Shown here: piece by piece, positions 41,183 through 56,668 of the stretch
Position numbering within the stretch: the first letter of the stretch is position 1
How the letters are laid out: each line of letters starts with the position of its first letter
Origin: Octopus vulgaris
Lineage: Eukaryota
Direction of reading: 5' to 3'
Assembly (NCBI GenBank): GCA_951406725.2
Contig: OX597840.1
Span: forward strand, 4,836,001-4,900,000
Length of the DNA stretch: 64,000 nt
Position numbers and translations under genes: made by a program
The notes under the pieces: generated by a model
Told to the model about the DNA's origin: nothing
The model's input: only the letters and a program-made list of their open reading frames with translations
The model's database searches: none

Positions 41183-41346
41183 TCAAAATAAGCAACAAGA
41201 ATGACTCCAGTAATTTGGTACGATCGTTTCGTACTACACCATTTTATTAAATGTTGTAAGTATTAATACTTACAACATTTAATAAAATGGTGTAGTACGA
41301 AACGATCGTACCAAATTACCGGAGTCATCCTTGTGGCTTATTTTGA
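41183..41346. repeat. 164-bp palindrome (110-bp perfect core, few distal mismatches)
   Basis: Axis tatt|aata at 41264/41265. Confidence 0.93.
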
Positions 41347-41381
<35 letters not shown>

Positions 41382-41441
41382 GCACATACATCCATATATA
41401 TATGCCACACGCTGATGTATATATATATGTATATGTATGTA

Positions 41442-41501
<60 letters not shown>

Positions 41502-41734
41502 CTGTCATTGTTTTCATTCAGAGGTTGAGGCCATGCTGGAGCACTACCTTTTAGAATGATTGGTTCTCTTTTCTGAAGAGTTTGACGGAGCTGCTTTTCA
41601 TTATGTTTCTTGCGGTGATGTCCACTCATCTGGTATCTCAGATGACAATCTGTCCAGACGCGCTTTGAAAACTACCACAGCTACACCTCACAAATCTCTG
41701 AGGCTGTCTTTTCAGAATGTTGAATAGTTGATTG

Positions 41735-42445
<711 letters not shown>

Positions 42446-42536
42446 GCGTATACTAAATTGAAGTTTGATATTCCGTTGCTCTGATCTTTTTACATCTCTG
42501 ATTTACACTGGTTATTATCTTCTGAATAAATATATT

Positions 42537-42646
<110 letters not shown>

Positions 42647-42716
42647 AACACACACGAGCACACGCTAACACTCGCTCACTCTCTCAAGCTCTTCTTTCTT
42701 TCTCTCTTCCTTCTAG

Positions 42717-42892
42717 GATTGAACTCAATTGTCTTGTATTGCGGACACAACGTCTTGGCCAACTTCTTCCCCATCACCTGGATAGTTGAAAACGTGCACT
42801 GGAAGCTGTTGCTAATGGATACGTGGGGAACGGCATTCTGGGTCATCGTCGCATATATTCTTTTCCGGAAGAAGATTTTCATCTCATTGTGA
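42717..42892 (+). CDS. HGSNAT: HGSNAT terminal coding exon: (G)LNSIVLYCGHNVLANFFPITWIVENVHWKLLLMDTWGTAFWVIVAYILFRKKIFISL*
   Basis: Long pyrimidine tract plus ctAG acceptor; phase 1; TGA at 42890-42892. Matches the HGSNAT C-terminus G(M/L)NSI..Y.GH..FP..W..AYIL.RKKIF. Confidence 0.95.
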
Positions 42893-42898
42893 ATTTAA

Positions 42899-42966
42899 AA
42901 TAAATATATATATATACAAAAAAAAAAAAACAACCAAATATGGAACCCCAAAAAAATAGTAATAAA
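42899..42966 (+). promoter_or_regulatory. Candidate polyadenylation signals of HGSNAT
   Basis: AATAAA at 42899-42904 and 42961-42966 just after the stop. The AT-rich context makes chance occurrence likely. Confidence 0.3.
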
Positions 42967-43032
42967 TAACAGGTACCCCAAAAAAAAAACACTAAAACCT
43001 AATTCAAAATACAATGTAATCATTTTCAAAGC

Positions 43033-43092
<60 letters not shown>

Positions 43093-43093
<1 letters not shown>

Positions 43094-43353
43094 TCTTTCA
43101 ACATCCTTAAACAACCCTTATTCAGGGACCTTTTGAGCGGGATGGGCTACTCAACCTGAAGAAAATTCTGACTGGGCCCCACCTGCAAGGTCATATGCTG
43201 TTTATCTTGATATGAGATCACCATGTCGCGCACATATGGTTGTGATGCATGTGCCTGGTGTACCCTTATCAGACGGGTAGTCATGATGGGTATACTGGGC
43301 TTCGTATATTTTACCCCAGTGTCAAATTGATGGCATGCGCTGCTCTCTCACTC
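43093..43353 (+). mobile_element. 5'-truncated element E copy
   Basis: 3' 260 bp of element E between (AAT)n tracts, ~200 bp downstream of the HGSNAT stop. Confidence 0.78.
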
Positions 43354-43555
43354 AATAATAATAATAATAAACAACAACAATAATAATAATGGTTTCAAAT
43401 TTTGGCACGAAGCCAGCAATTTCGACTTTGCTGTTCATCCCTTCGGGATCGATAAAATATATACCAATCGAACACTGGGATCATTGTAATCAATGAGCCC
43501 CCCGCCCACCTACCCCACCGAAAAAAATTCAGGCCGTGTGCCTAAAGTAGAAAGG

Positions 43556-44046
<491 letters not shown>

Positions 44047-44055
44047 TTATTATTA

Positions 44056-44146
<91 letters not shown>

Positions 44147-44164
44147 CATTATTATTATTATTAT

Positions 44165-45828
44165 TACTATTTTGGTTTGGCTCAGGATCGGTCTGATTCC
44201 CGATAGGATTTATGTGGGTAGCGGATTACTACCAGTAAACCTTAGGTTTCTACAAATTTTCAACAGTCTTTCAAGTGCTTAGAACCCTCCTGATAATCCT
44301 TGCTGTCCCTAAGAGACAAACTTTCTGTAGGAGCTCTGCTGGGTATCCTATTCCAACCCCCTTCGGCCATTTGTCTATATCTTTGCTTCCTGTTCTCAAA
44401 GTACTAATTATGACGGGCACGACATTACTGTTACCATGTCCCAAGTTCTTCCTATTTAAAATTTTAAGGGATTGTATTTCTTTTTTGTTTTTCTTTTTTC
44501 TTTGCGATCCTGGAATCAAACGATCAGGAAGCTACTTAGCTTTTCCTTACCTATAATTGTTATCTCCTGTCAATAATTTTCTAACTTCTTGTCTGTTTGA
44601 ATAGGAAAGTCCAACAAAATCTTACATTTCTCCAACTTCTTTACTCTTTCAACTTGGTAATTCTACCATGTTTCCAGCTTCAAATCCCCATTTCAGGCAC
44701 TGTTTCCAGTGTAAAACTTTTACAACCAAGTCGTGCCTCCATTTCTTATACTCTTCCTGTGCCAACTTGGGGCATTCTGCCACAATGCATACCCCTGTCT
44801 CGTTCGAAATTCCACAGGCTCTATATTTTTTGACACATTCTATCCATATGTATTTTTTCTCAAGTTATTTGTTATTATCGCTTGATCTTGGGATGCACTC
44901 TATTAGGCACTCTATTGCTTTTTTAATTGCCCCTTTTTTAACCAAGCCCAAGACTTTGTTCCACATACGTCTTCAGTGGCTCTCCAAAACTAGCCATACA
45001 GAGGTTTCACTTCAATCTGTCTGACGTGCTCTCTTTGTATTTAATTCTTGTCCTTTTATCCTATTACACGCTTCATCCCCTGTCCTACATTCATTGGCTA
45101 TACCGTAAATCCCAGAGTATAATCCGCATCTTTTTTCCCAAAATTTGAAAGTCAAAATACCTAGTGCGTACTATATACGAGGTTTAAAATGAAAAATATT
45201 TTCTAAGCAATGTCCAAGTCTGTCCGGCAATGTTTATTCAGAGGCATTTTGTGATGTCGGATGCGAAAATACCTTAAGCTAAGCTTGAAAGCAATGAAGT
45301 CATAAAAGAATCATCCATAACTTACAGTTAGCAACATTTATTCAAATAAAAGTATTCAGAACCCAGAATAACATGTAACAAAAACAATTTGCAAACATAC
45401 TTACATTCCCATATAACAGTTAAGAACATCCCCATTATTGTATTACACATGTATGGAAGTGTTTGTTCGACTAGGTGCTGCTGGCTTAATTATGCACAAC
45501 TCAAGTTAGAGAAGGGGTGCGTATTATACACAAGGTTTAGGTTTTTCAGAAGTACATCCCCCTAAAAATCAATCCCTAGCGTATTACACTCAAGGGTGGA
45601 CTATAATCGAGGATTTACGGTAATAGTTTTCCTTTAATGTTCTGTAAATATTCTACTAGAAATTTTCTTTCCATCTGTACACATTCTTCTACTACTACTG
45701 AGTCTATTTCACCCTGGTCTCTCCTCAAGTACAGCCGGTCGACATCAGCTTTCGGATGGTGGGCTCCATACATTATCAACAACTTTCTAGTTTTACTTTG
45801 AAGTTTCTTTATATCGTTTTTGGTCCAT
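44165..45828 (-). mobile_element. Degenerate R4/Dong-type element, family D, interrupted by a MITE
   Basis: Minus-strand remnants: KTRKLLIMYGAHHPKADVDRLYL (~45720-45800), ACG..IVAECPKLAQEEYKKWRHD (~44720-44830), QKVCLLGTARIIRRVLST* (44271-44330). 3' end abuts (AAT)n. Confidence 0.8.
45103..45620. mobile_element. Tc1/mariner-pogo-type MITE
   Basis: TIRs ccgtaaatcccagagtataatccgc / gtggactataatcgaggatttacgg with TA on both sides; splits Dong family D. Confidence 0.82.
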
Positions 45829-46199
45829 TATGATTGATTACAAACATGGGTACAGGTATATTGTCAGATAAAGAAGGTATACGTGGTGACAATCTACCCG
45901 AGTACATGACTGCATTTTATTGGTCGCTCATAGTACAAGTGGAAAAAAGTCAAACTCCGCGTGCCTCGATCCCCAAGGGTAAATATTGCTTTCAGATTTT
46001 GCCACAAGGTCGGCACTCCATATCTGATTAAGGGTACTGCTCTTCAATTTATTTTGCATTCAACCTTGACTGCAATAATTTTTTTACTCTCCTCGTGCAC
46101 TCCCTACAGGTCATTCGTTTCATTTCTTCTTCTTCTTCTTCTTCTTCTTCTTCTTCTTCTTCTTCTTCTTCTTCTTCTTCTTCTTCTTCTTCTTCTTCT

Positions 46200-46238
<39 letters not shown>

Positions 46239-46279
46239 TCTTCTCCCTCTTCTTCTCCCTCTTCTTCCTCTTCTTCTAC

Positions 46280-46331
<52 letters not shown>

Positions 46332-46426
46332 CATCATCATCATCATTATCATTAACATGATTATTATTGATAAAATCATCAACATCATCATCATCATCAT
46401 CAATCATCATCAATCATAATCATTAC

Positions 46427-46494
<68 letters not shown>

Positions 46495-46596
46495 ACATGA
46501 TTATTATTGGTAAAATAATCAACATCATCACCATCATCATCATCATCAATCATCATCAATCATCATCAATCATAATCATTATTATTATTATCATTA

Positions 46597-46659
<63 letters not shown>

Positions 46660-46665
46660 CATAAT

Positions 46666-46731
<66 letters not shown>

Positions 46732-46749
46732 TATTATTATTATTATTAT

Positions 46750-46968
46750 GGGCAGCAAGCTGTCAGAAACGTTATCGCGAGTGAAATGTTTACTAGCCTG
46801 TTATCTGTCTCTATGTTCTGAGTTCAAACTCCGGCCAAGGTCGACTTTGCCTTTCATCCTTTCTAGGGTCGATAAAATAATTACCAGTTGAGCCCTGGGG
46901 TCGATGAAATCAACCTAACCCCCCCTCCCTGAAATTGCCGGCCTTGTGCAAAAATCTGAAAACAATAT
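46750..46968 (+). mobile_element. SINE family S2 variant with an alternative tail (..gaaattgccggccttgtgcaaaaatctgaaa)
   Basis: Same head and central block as 23017, different 3' end. Older copies at ~12684-12878(-), 12930-13135(-), 16880-17190(-), 24950-25120(-) and 43390-43555. Confidence 0.7.
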
Positions 46969-47296
46969 TTATCCCTGGAGTTCGAGACACGCGGAGTTTG
47001 ACTACTTTCTAGTTGTACTATGAGCGACCCAAAAATGCAGTCATGTATTCGGGTAGATTGCCATCATCTATATATTCTTTATCTGACAAAATCCCTGTAC
47101 CCATGTTGGTAATCAATCATAAGTCAACGTCTTTAAAGTTTCTCAATCATATTAATCACGTTATATGCTTATGTTTTAGAAATATCTCACTTTCGCGCTT
47201 TCTCTCGCAATTTCTCGTTCATAAATCGTCTCATTCATTTCCCTCCCGTTCTTCATCTCTCACTCTCTTCCTCTCTCTCTCTCTCTCTCTTCCTCC

Positions 47297-47354
<58 letters not shown>

Positions 47355-47589
47355 GTTTATATATATATATATATATATATATTGATATGTGTATATATAG
47401 GTATATACACAAATACATTATTATGAATGAATATTTGTGTGTGTGTATGTATGTATGTATATATATATATATTTTTGTATATATATACGTGTAATTATAT
47501 ATACATATGTACATATATGATATATATGTACTTACACATACACATACATTCATACATACATGCATGCATATATATGTGTGCGTGTTTGT

Positions 47590-47645
<56 letters not shown>

Positions 47646-47704
47646 ATATATATATGTGTATATATTTCCTCTGTCTTCCCTTCTTTGGATCTTTCCTTCT
47701 CCTA

Positions 47705-47740
47705 AATTTCCGACGAAGAGCACCGCTCGAAACGTTAAAC
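47705..47740 (+). ncRNA. Minimal hammerhead-like motif (CCGACGA variant)
   Basis: ttt-CCGACGA-a-gagc(acc)gctc-GAAA-cg-TT-aaa. Decayed relatives at 1-40(-), 2730-2770 and 23630-23670. Confidence 0.55.
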
Positions 47741-48222
47741 CCTCCTTTTTTCCTTCTTTCCTGAGCGTCCAATAATACTATATTTGTTCCACGTCCTTGC
47801 GTTGTATTTTTTTTTTGTGCTTTCATGTTTGGATTAACTTTATATATATGTATATATGCGTGTGTGTGCGTGTGTAGATAATATGCAGCATGATAAATTT
47901 TCAAGTAATATTTCCCATCCATTTTACAAACATATTGGAAAGAACTCAATACCTTGGGACAAATTCCATTTTAGCTATAGTAATATTTATTATTTACTTT
48001 AGTTGAAGCTAGTTTATATTCTCTTATTAAATCATTTGTGGAATATGTTAGTATGGAGAACTCTTCAGCTCTCTATAGATATACAAGGTAGTGCAAAAGT
48101 CGTGCATCACACTAATCACCAGAAAAGCAGTTTATATAAGAGATACGATAATCTTTTATTTTATTTACATTACACTCATTATCACAAAATTATTAACTTA
48201 CGACAAAAAAAAAATGGTTAGA

Positions 48223-48640
48223 ATCTCTCTATATATAAACGGCAGTTTTTAAAAATAATTTCCACGTAACTAAACACTTTTAAACTTCGTATACTGGTAG
48301 AATGTGTTTATAAAACATCTTTTTCTCTTGGCTTTATTGAGAAAATTCTATGGTTTGTAAGATATTTGTTGTTTTTTTCTTCAATTTCTGCAATTTCAAC
48401 CAAGCAATGACGTCTATTGAGGTGAAAACATTCTGTGCCGTATGAATATGTCCCTCGTTTAAGAAACAGATTGGGTTTATTTACATTTGTGAAGAAAAAC
48501 AGATACCCTTCCCCCACCCCTAACCCTAACCCTAAAACAGATTGAAATGCAATAGATCGATACTAGGGTCATAATTATGGGTGTCAATTTAATATGACAC
48601 CGCTAGAAAAAACTGCCGGTCAAACCGAAAAGATCCAACT
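48223..48640 (+). mobile_element. Helentron/HINE-like (or MITE) element with short sub-terminal inverted repeats and internal (CCCTAA)n
   Basis: cggcagttttt (48240-48250) is inverted to aaaaactgccg (~48608-48618); ccctaaccctaaccctaa at ~48518-48535. Confidence 0.45.
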
Positions 48641-48898
48641 TGTGTAGGTTGAATTATGTACAACGTTAGAGAAAGAAACCTAACTGTTTCTTGCGATATA
48701 TAGATGAAAAGCAAAATTTTTTCAAGGATCCTCAATATACAATTGTAGAGCCCCAATTTACTATTTTGGTCGCGTGGACCCCACAATATCTTATATTGAC
48801 CCTCAGAGATCACAGTGATCCCGTTTGGGAACCAACTATTCGTAGTCTTATTTACTTTGAAGTCCACCGTTAAAATGATTTATATACATATACGTTTA

Positions 48899-48991
<93 letters not shown>

Positions 48992-49320
48992 TTAATAATT
49001 AGGGTTCAGCAAAGATTTGCTTTACCACATGGTCCTTTTTTCATGCCGAATTCTACTTGGTGAAATTATTGATTACTTCTTAATTAATTAATTTTACCCT
49101 TTGTTATTATTTATATATATATATATATAAATAGATGAGTGTATTTTTCCCTTGTTAACAATTAACAGGGAAAAAATAGATAAATAGTTACCAGGGTAGC
49201 AAAAATTCACACAAGTAAAGAGGTTGTAACTCCTTGTTTTTAAAGGTTAGAAACTTCGGGTTTACGTGAAATTTTTTGTGTCGGAAGTAAAAGTACTTGA
49301 ATTATACCTGCGTTAAACTC

Positions 49321-49371
<51 letters not shown>

Positions 49372-50247
49372 TCTTATGCATATCTATATGTGTATATATA
49401 TGTATGTATGCTTCTATAGTTTTCTCTCTTTTTTAATTCATATCTCGTTTTCATCGTCTTCTAAACAAACTCAATTCACCAAGGATCTGCTTCCTGAAAA
49501 ACTTTCTCTCCCATATTTCATTCTCTCTCTCTCTTTTTCACCCATCTCTCCTTGTCCGTCTCACTTTCTCTCTCTTCTTCCTTTCTCTCTCTCTCCCTCT
49601 CTTTCCTCCTTCCCCTGTCTGCACTAATTTTCTCACCTGCCACTCATTCTGTTTTCACGGCACCTTTTCTCTTTCTACTATATTCCCCTACCTCCCATTC
49701 CATTCTTCTCTCTCTTTCACTCTCCCCTCTCTCTCTCTCTCACACACCCCCTCTCTCTCTCACACCCCCTCTCTCTCTCACACCCCCTCTCTCTCTCACA
49801 CCCTCTCTCTCTCTCACACCCCCTCTCTCTCTCTCACCCCTCTCTCTCCCTCTCAGTTGCCTTCTCTATTTCTGTTCCATCTTTGTCTTCCCTCTCCCTT
49901 TCTCACGCCTTTTTTCTCTTACCCATCAGCCTCTTTCTCTCTCTCTCTGTCACCTCTATTTCTTTCCCACGTCTCTCTCTCTCCCCTCTACTCATTTTGT
50001 TTTTCTCTAACCTCCTCCCCCTGTGTCTGTATGTCTGTCTGTCTCTCTCTCTTCACCCACCCGCTCCACCCTCATCTCGCTTTTTAATGTTCTCTTTATA
50101 TAATTCTTTCATTCATTTTGTCAAATAAAGCTAAAGCGCAAATTAAACATTTTCAAAGAATTTTCTTTCATTGATTGCTGAGATGACAATGCTGTTAAGA
50201 AGCATATTGAAGTCACAGAATTCCAGGTTCGATTCTAGTGCATGACG

Positions 50248-50288
<41 letters not shown>

Positions 50289-51017
50289 AATATATATGTC
50301 AGTATGTACCTATATGCATGTATATATGCCTATATATATTTTTTATTTATATTATATATATATGTGTATACACATACATATATAAATACACGCACGCATG
50401 CTCACACACACTCACACTCACACTTACACACACGTACACACGTAAGTGTGTTTGTTTTATACATACATTTTTTGTTCATCCCTGAGCGCGGATCAAACCA
50501 GTGTGTATTTTTGCGACATATTCGAGATAAAAAATACAAATATCTGAAAGAAGACCTAATGGAACACGAGAAAAAAAAAGGGAAAAATAATTTGGTTTAA
50601 CCCACCATGTAACGTGAATGTAAACACGATTATAGGAATTTGAGGTCCATGATAAGAATTAATTTCCAAACTACAAAAACCACGATTGCTTTAAAATACG
50701 TAAAATTGTTTTAAAATACGTAAAATAACGTAAAACAAAGCTACTTTTGTCTGGACAGTATTTTTGTCAGATTCACATCAGATTATGTCAAAGTATTCTC
50801 CATCCGACACTCAGTAGAAACATAGTGTCATTATTAAATCTTGTACCACAGTTTAAGACATACATCTAACCGCCCAAAAGTTAAGAGAAACTCAGCAATA
50901 TCGATCCTAAATTTTATACAACAATTTAAGAAATATGTCAAGTCAATTCACCTGAGAACCAGCGAAAAATAACCCCAAATTATTCCCTTATAGGGTTTTG
51001 CTTCTCTTGTAGAATTA

Positions 51018-51583
51018 TTGGGTTGTCTGAAAAGTTCGTACCGATTTATAGTAGCTTACCTTTCGACTTATTTTAGAACATGGTTGGGTTCATAAAATAG
51101 GATTTGACTACACCTCCATTTAGAGAACAGTTTAAGCTATCTTTTCGTGGAAGAAGATTTATGTTCCTATAACCTGTGTTAATTCTGTAACCCTTTAAAA
51201 TGGAAGATAAGAAAGTTCATTTTCGACACTTGATGCTTTGGGAACCAGACAAAAATTGCTGCAGCTCGGCTGGGATGTGTTACCCCACCCTCCATATTTA
51301 CCAGATATTGCTCCATCGGATTTCCACTTATTCAGGTCTCTGCAGAATAGTCTTAATGGTAAAAAATTCAATTCCTTGGATGACATAAAAAGATACCTTT
51401 ATGAATTCTTTGCCATGAAACCACCTCAATTCTGGGAAGAGGTTATTTTCAAGTTAAAGGAAAGATGGAGACGTATTGTGCAACAAAATGGTTCATATTT
51501 GGCTGATTAAGAATGTAATGGCAAGTATTTATTGACCTTTTTCTTTCTTTTAAAAATCGGCACGAACTTTCCGGACAACCCAA
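51018..51583 (+). mobile_element. Internally deleted mariner transposon
   Basis: ~30-bp TIRs (ttgggttgtctgaaaagttcgtaccgattt / aaatcggcacgaactttccggacaacccaa), TA TSD. N-terminal MEDKKVHFRHLMLWE is fused to C-terminal LGWDVLPHPPYLPDIAPSDFHLFRSL..ERW. Confidence 0.92.
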
Positions 51584-51755
51584 TACATAGATTTAGCATA
51601 AGAATCCAAAATCAATCAGAAAAAAATCATGCGGGACTGAACGCGAATATCTGTCAAATATAAATATGAAATCTGAGAAGAGAGAATATCCTGCCCGGTT
51701 ACAGCTACAACAAATTAAAGACAACGGAATTCAAAGCCTATCCTTAGAACTGTAT

Positions 51756-52146
51756 TATTAGGAAGCACTCCGTCGGTTACGACGATGAGGGTTCCGGTTG
51801 ATCCGAATCAACGGAACAGCCTGCTCGTGAAATTAACGTGTAAGTGGCTGAGCACTCCACAGACACGTGTACCCTTAACGTAGTTCTCGGGGATATTCAG
51901 CGTGACACAGAGAGTGACAAGGCTGGCCCTTTGAAATACGGGTACAACAGAAACAGGAAGTAAGAGTGAGAGAAAGTTGTGGTGAAAGAGTACAGCAGGG
52001 ATCACCACCATCCCCTGCCGGAGCCTCGTGGAGCTTTAGGTGTTTTCGCTCAATAAACACTCACAACGCCCGGTCTGGGAATCGAAACCGCGATCCTATG
52101 ACCGCGAGTCCGCTGCCCTAACCACTGGGCCATTGCGCCTCCACAA
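51756..52146 (-). mobile_element. SINE family S3
   Basis: Near-identical reverse complement of 57974-58362; 11-bp TSD tagaactgtat (51745-51755 / 52147-52157). Confidence 0.88.
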
Positions 52147-52164
52147 TAGAACTGTATGGAATAT

Positions 52165-52375
52165 ATATTTCTTTATTGCCCACATGGGGCTAAACATAGA
52201 GGGGACAAACAAGGACAGACAAAGGGATTAAGTCGATTACATCGATCCCCAGTGCGTAACTGGTACTTTATTTATCGACCCCAAAAGGATGAAAGGCAAA
52301 GTCGACCTTGGCGGAATTTGAACTCACAACGTAACGACAGACGAAATACGGCTACGCATTTCGCCCGGCCTGCTA
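52165..52375 (-). mobile_element. SINE family S2 with Tx1-like 3' tail
   Basis: Reverse-complement homologue of 23040-23243. Confidence 0.8.
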
Positions 52376-53025
52376 GAATGAACACTCTGAAACAATGACA
52401 GAGTAAGATAATTGAATATTTGTTTTACCCAAAAGTTCTCGATCTGGAATCACTCACCAATTTCATTAAACAGATACTCAGAGATTTTGTTGCTCTGTCG
52501 GCATAAGACGCAAAACATACAGCGAAACACACATATTGAGTAGACGGTTTTTGATATTATTCAACCGCGATGTTTGTGCCTTACATAGCGAATAGCGAAT
52601 CCACAAGCGCTTGTAAGTTAGTTCTAACAACGCGCGCTAGGGTACGACACAAACTTCCACCTGTAAGCTCTAAAACAATGATAATTGCGACAATTTATGC
52701 TTAACAAGTGTAAAATTTCATCTCGATGTAGAGTGAATGGTTCTACGAGTTGGGAAAAATGTGTTGAGATGGTTTGATTTGTAAACAGAAGAAAATAAAC
52801 GATTGAAGTATATAGTACTATGTGTGTTTAGTAATTTTCTCCCGCTTGTAATTCTAACACAAACATATAACTATATTATATGCACGTGTGTGAGTGTACA
52901 AATAGTTAAAAACACTTACACACATACACGTATGCTTTCAAATATATATGTATATATATATATATATATATATGTATATGTATACACACACATACATACA
53001 CACATACAAATAAGCATACATGTAT

Positions 53026-53078
<53 letters not shown>

Positions 53079-53258
53079 CGTGTGTGTGTGTAACTGTATA
53101 TATACATATATGTGGATATGTATAGGAATCAAGAGAAAGATATACATATATGAATATATTTATATACATTCATGTATATATATATACACACACACACATA
53201 TATATATGTATGTATAAATATATATATGTATATACACATTTATATACACATATATTTA

Positions 53259-53305
<47 letters not shown>

Positions 53306-53396
53306 GTATATACACACGCATATATATATATACACATATATACACATATATTTATGCCTATATATATATATAAAATACATATGTATATACACACGC

Positions 53397-53437
<41 letters not shown>

Positions 53438-53451
53438 TACACATATATTCA

Positions 53452-53495
<44 letters not shown>

Positions 53496-54861
53496 CATTG
53501 AAAGAAAGAAATATGTGTAAATTTGGAATGAAATACCGAAGCGCTGCCAATATGGAAGCTGGATAGGATTTTGATGGAACTTAATGGAAGCACAGCACCA
53601 TTTCTCTTTGACTTCCATATCAATTTGAAGGAATAAGTTGACAAATACAAGAAAAAATCTCCTTTTAATAAAGAATATAATAATACAGAGAGAGAAAGAG
53701 AGAGAGAAAGTGAGAGAGACGGGAGGAGAGAAAGACGAAGAAAGGGAAAGAGGAAGAGAGGAAAGAAAGAGACAAACGTACGTACACTTAAATCAGCTTG
53801 TGTTTTTGTACACAGGTAAATGTATGGACACACACATGCTACGTATATTTATTCATGCAGGCGCACATACATGCACGCAAACACACATATATAGATGCAC
53901 AAACAATCGACACTTACGAAAACACATATGCATATATAGAAAAATATATGGATGTATACATATAAAATATAGGTTTGTGTGTGTGTGATGTGTGTGATGT
54001 GTGTGTGCATCTGTGTATATAGATGTATTATATACTTATGTATGCATGTATGTATGTATGTATGTATGCATGTATGTATGTATGTATGTATGTGTGTGTG
54101 TATGTATGTATGTATGTAAGTATGTATGTATGTATGTATGCATGCATGTGTGTATGTATGTATGTGTATGTATGTATGTATGTATGTATGTATGTATGTA
54201 TGTATGTATGCATGCATGCATGCATGCATGTATGTATGTATGTATGTATGTATGTATGTATGTATGTATGTATGTATGTATGTATGTATGTATGTGTGTA
54301 TGTATGTATGTATGTATGTATGTATGTATGTATGTATGTATGTATGTGTGTGTGTAAGTATGTATGCATCTAACTATCTATCGATATAGGCGTACGTTAA
54401 GGCAAACAAAACCACACACATACATACATATACATAGGCATATAGTCGTTTAAAAATGTTAATTTATATATATATACATATATACACATATATTATATAT
54501 ATATAATAGATATGTATATACACTTATATATGCATATTTATATATGTGTGTAAATGAATATACACATGTATAAAAATGTGTATGCTCACACACACACACA
54601 TATACATATATGCACATATGCGTATATATATGTGCATAGATATACATAAGTATATACATCAATGCATATGTACGTACATACATACATAGAAACATATATT
54701 GTATGTACAGCCACAGAAACACACAAGCACATACATATTTACTTTCATATGTATATCTGTATACGCATATGGATGCATATATACATATACATACACATAC
54801 ATGAATGTGTTTATATCTACACATATGAGTATATGTATGTATATATATACATACACACATT

Positions 54862-54897
<36 letters not shown>

Positions 54898-55039
54898 CAC
54901 ATACGCACACACATATTCATATAAGTATATAAATATATATGGTTGATAATGTGTATATATATATATACACACACACATACATATATAGATAGACAGATAG
55001 ATATATACATATATATATAATACATACATGCATACATAT

Positions 55040-55071
<32 letters not shown>

Positions 55072-55085
55072 GTATATATATGAGC

Positions 55086-55158
<73 letters not shown>

Positions 55159-55487
55159 CGTTAGAATTAATCTGTGCAAAGGATAAGCGAAAGAATTGGC
55201 AACATATTTAAATAGATTTATTCCCGAGATTGTTCATTTCCAATATGTCTACCATTATTATTTCAACAAAGTGTGATGGGATTCCGAAGACCCAGAAAAC
55301 ATTTTGCAACCGATTTCCAAATATATCTTGAATAAATATATCTTGAAATAAAATATGGTGCTTGCACGACTGCATATGAAATGTAGCTAAATTAATTATA
55401 TAATTGAGCACACAAACAAACACACACACACAAACGCAAGCACACACTCACACACACATGCATATATATATATATATATATATAAGA

Positions 55488-55532
<45 letters not shown>

Positions 55533-55565
55533 AGCATGTGTATAAATATATATATATATGCACAC

Positions 55566-55832
55566 GGAGGCGCAATGGTTCAGTGGTTAGGGCAGCGGAC
55601 TCGCGGTCGTAGGATCGCGGTTTCGATTCCCAGACCGGGCGTTGTGAGTGTTTATTGAGCGAAAACACCTAAAGCTTCGCGAGGCTCCGGCAAGGGGTGG
55701 TGGCGATCCCCTCTTTCGCCACAACTTTCTCTCACACTTTCTTCGGTTGGTCATTTGAAGCCTAAAACAATGAAAAGTGCATTGTGACCAGCGATGTGTA
55801 GCAGCATCTGATAGCCCGGTCGGTCATGTGAT
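55566..55832 (+). mobile_element. SINE with S3 head and a different 3' tail
   Basis: First ~175 bp match S3, then an unrelated tail ending gtcggtcatgtgata. Confidence 0.7.
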
Positions 55833-56004
55833 ATATATATATATATACGACTGGCTTCTTTCAGTTTCTATCTATCAAATCCACTCACAAGGCTTTGGTT
55901 TGCCCGAGGCTATAACAGAAGACACCCAGTGTGCCGCGCAGTGGGACTGAACTCGGAACCATGTGGTTGGTAGGCAAAACTTCTTATCGCCCAGCCATGC
56001 ATGT

Positions 56005-56668
56005 GTACAGACATCGCTCCTTTACTCATGTGAGACATGGACCCTTTACAAACGTCATGTAAAGGTCCTTGAACGATTTCATCAGAGATGTCTCAGACAC
56101 ATTCTGAATGTTGGCTGGACCTTAAAATCTCCAGACACACAGGTCCTGAAGACAGCTGGTATCTTGAGTATTGAGGCGATGGTGCACAAGCACCTGTTAC
56201 GTTGGACTGGACACCTTATTAGAATGAAGGATAGCAAGATCCCTAAGCATATGCTATATGGGGAACTTATGAATGGAAAGAGACCTCGGCAAAAACCAAG
56301 GCTGCGATTTAAGGACTGTGTCAGGTCCTCATTAAAGGCCTGTGATATGCAGGAGACTGATTAGGATAACAATGCCTGTCATCACTACAGATGGAGGAAG
56401 CAGGTTAAGGAGAGGGTTGACACTTTTGAGGGAGCACATATTCTGCTTGAAGAATTTAAGCGTACTGCTCGAAAGCGCACTGCTGGTGTAGTGAATGGGG
56501 AAAGCTTGGTCTGCAATGTTTGCAGTCGTCTATTCTTGTCAAGAGCAGGGTTCATTGGCCACCAAGGGAGCCGCAAATGCAAAATATAAGTTAGTAATAG
56601 AGCGCACAATGTCCCTAAAGGTCAGCAATAGTCTTCCTCGGTCACGAGTGGACGGCCACCATCATCAT
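56005..56668 (+). mobile_element. 3' end of an RTE-clade LINE
   Basis: LLYSCETWT..FHQRCLRHIL..LRWTGHLIRM..IPKHMLYGEL..GKR..RFKD, C-terminal CxxC..H, short 3' UTR with (CAT)n tail. Confidence 0.88.

Noticed and set aside
42918-42930. A-run after the HGSNAT stop suggesting a processed pseudogene
   Set aside because: The gene has canonical introns and an intact frame; the A-run is ordinary low-complexity UTR sequence.
48518-48535. Telomeric (CCCTAA)n as a chromosome end or fusion scar
   Set aside because: Only about three units, internal to a small Helentron/MITE-like repeat.
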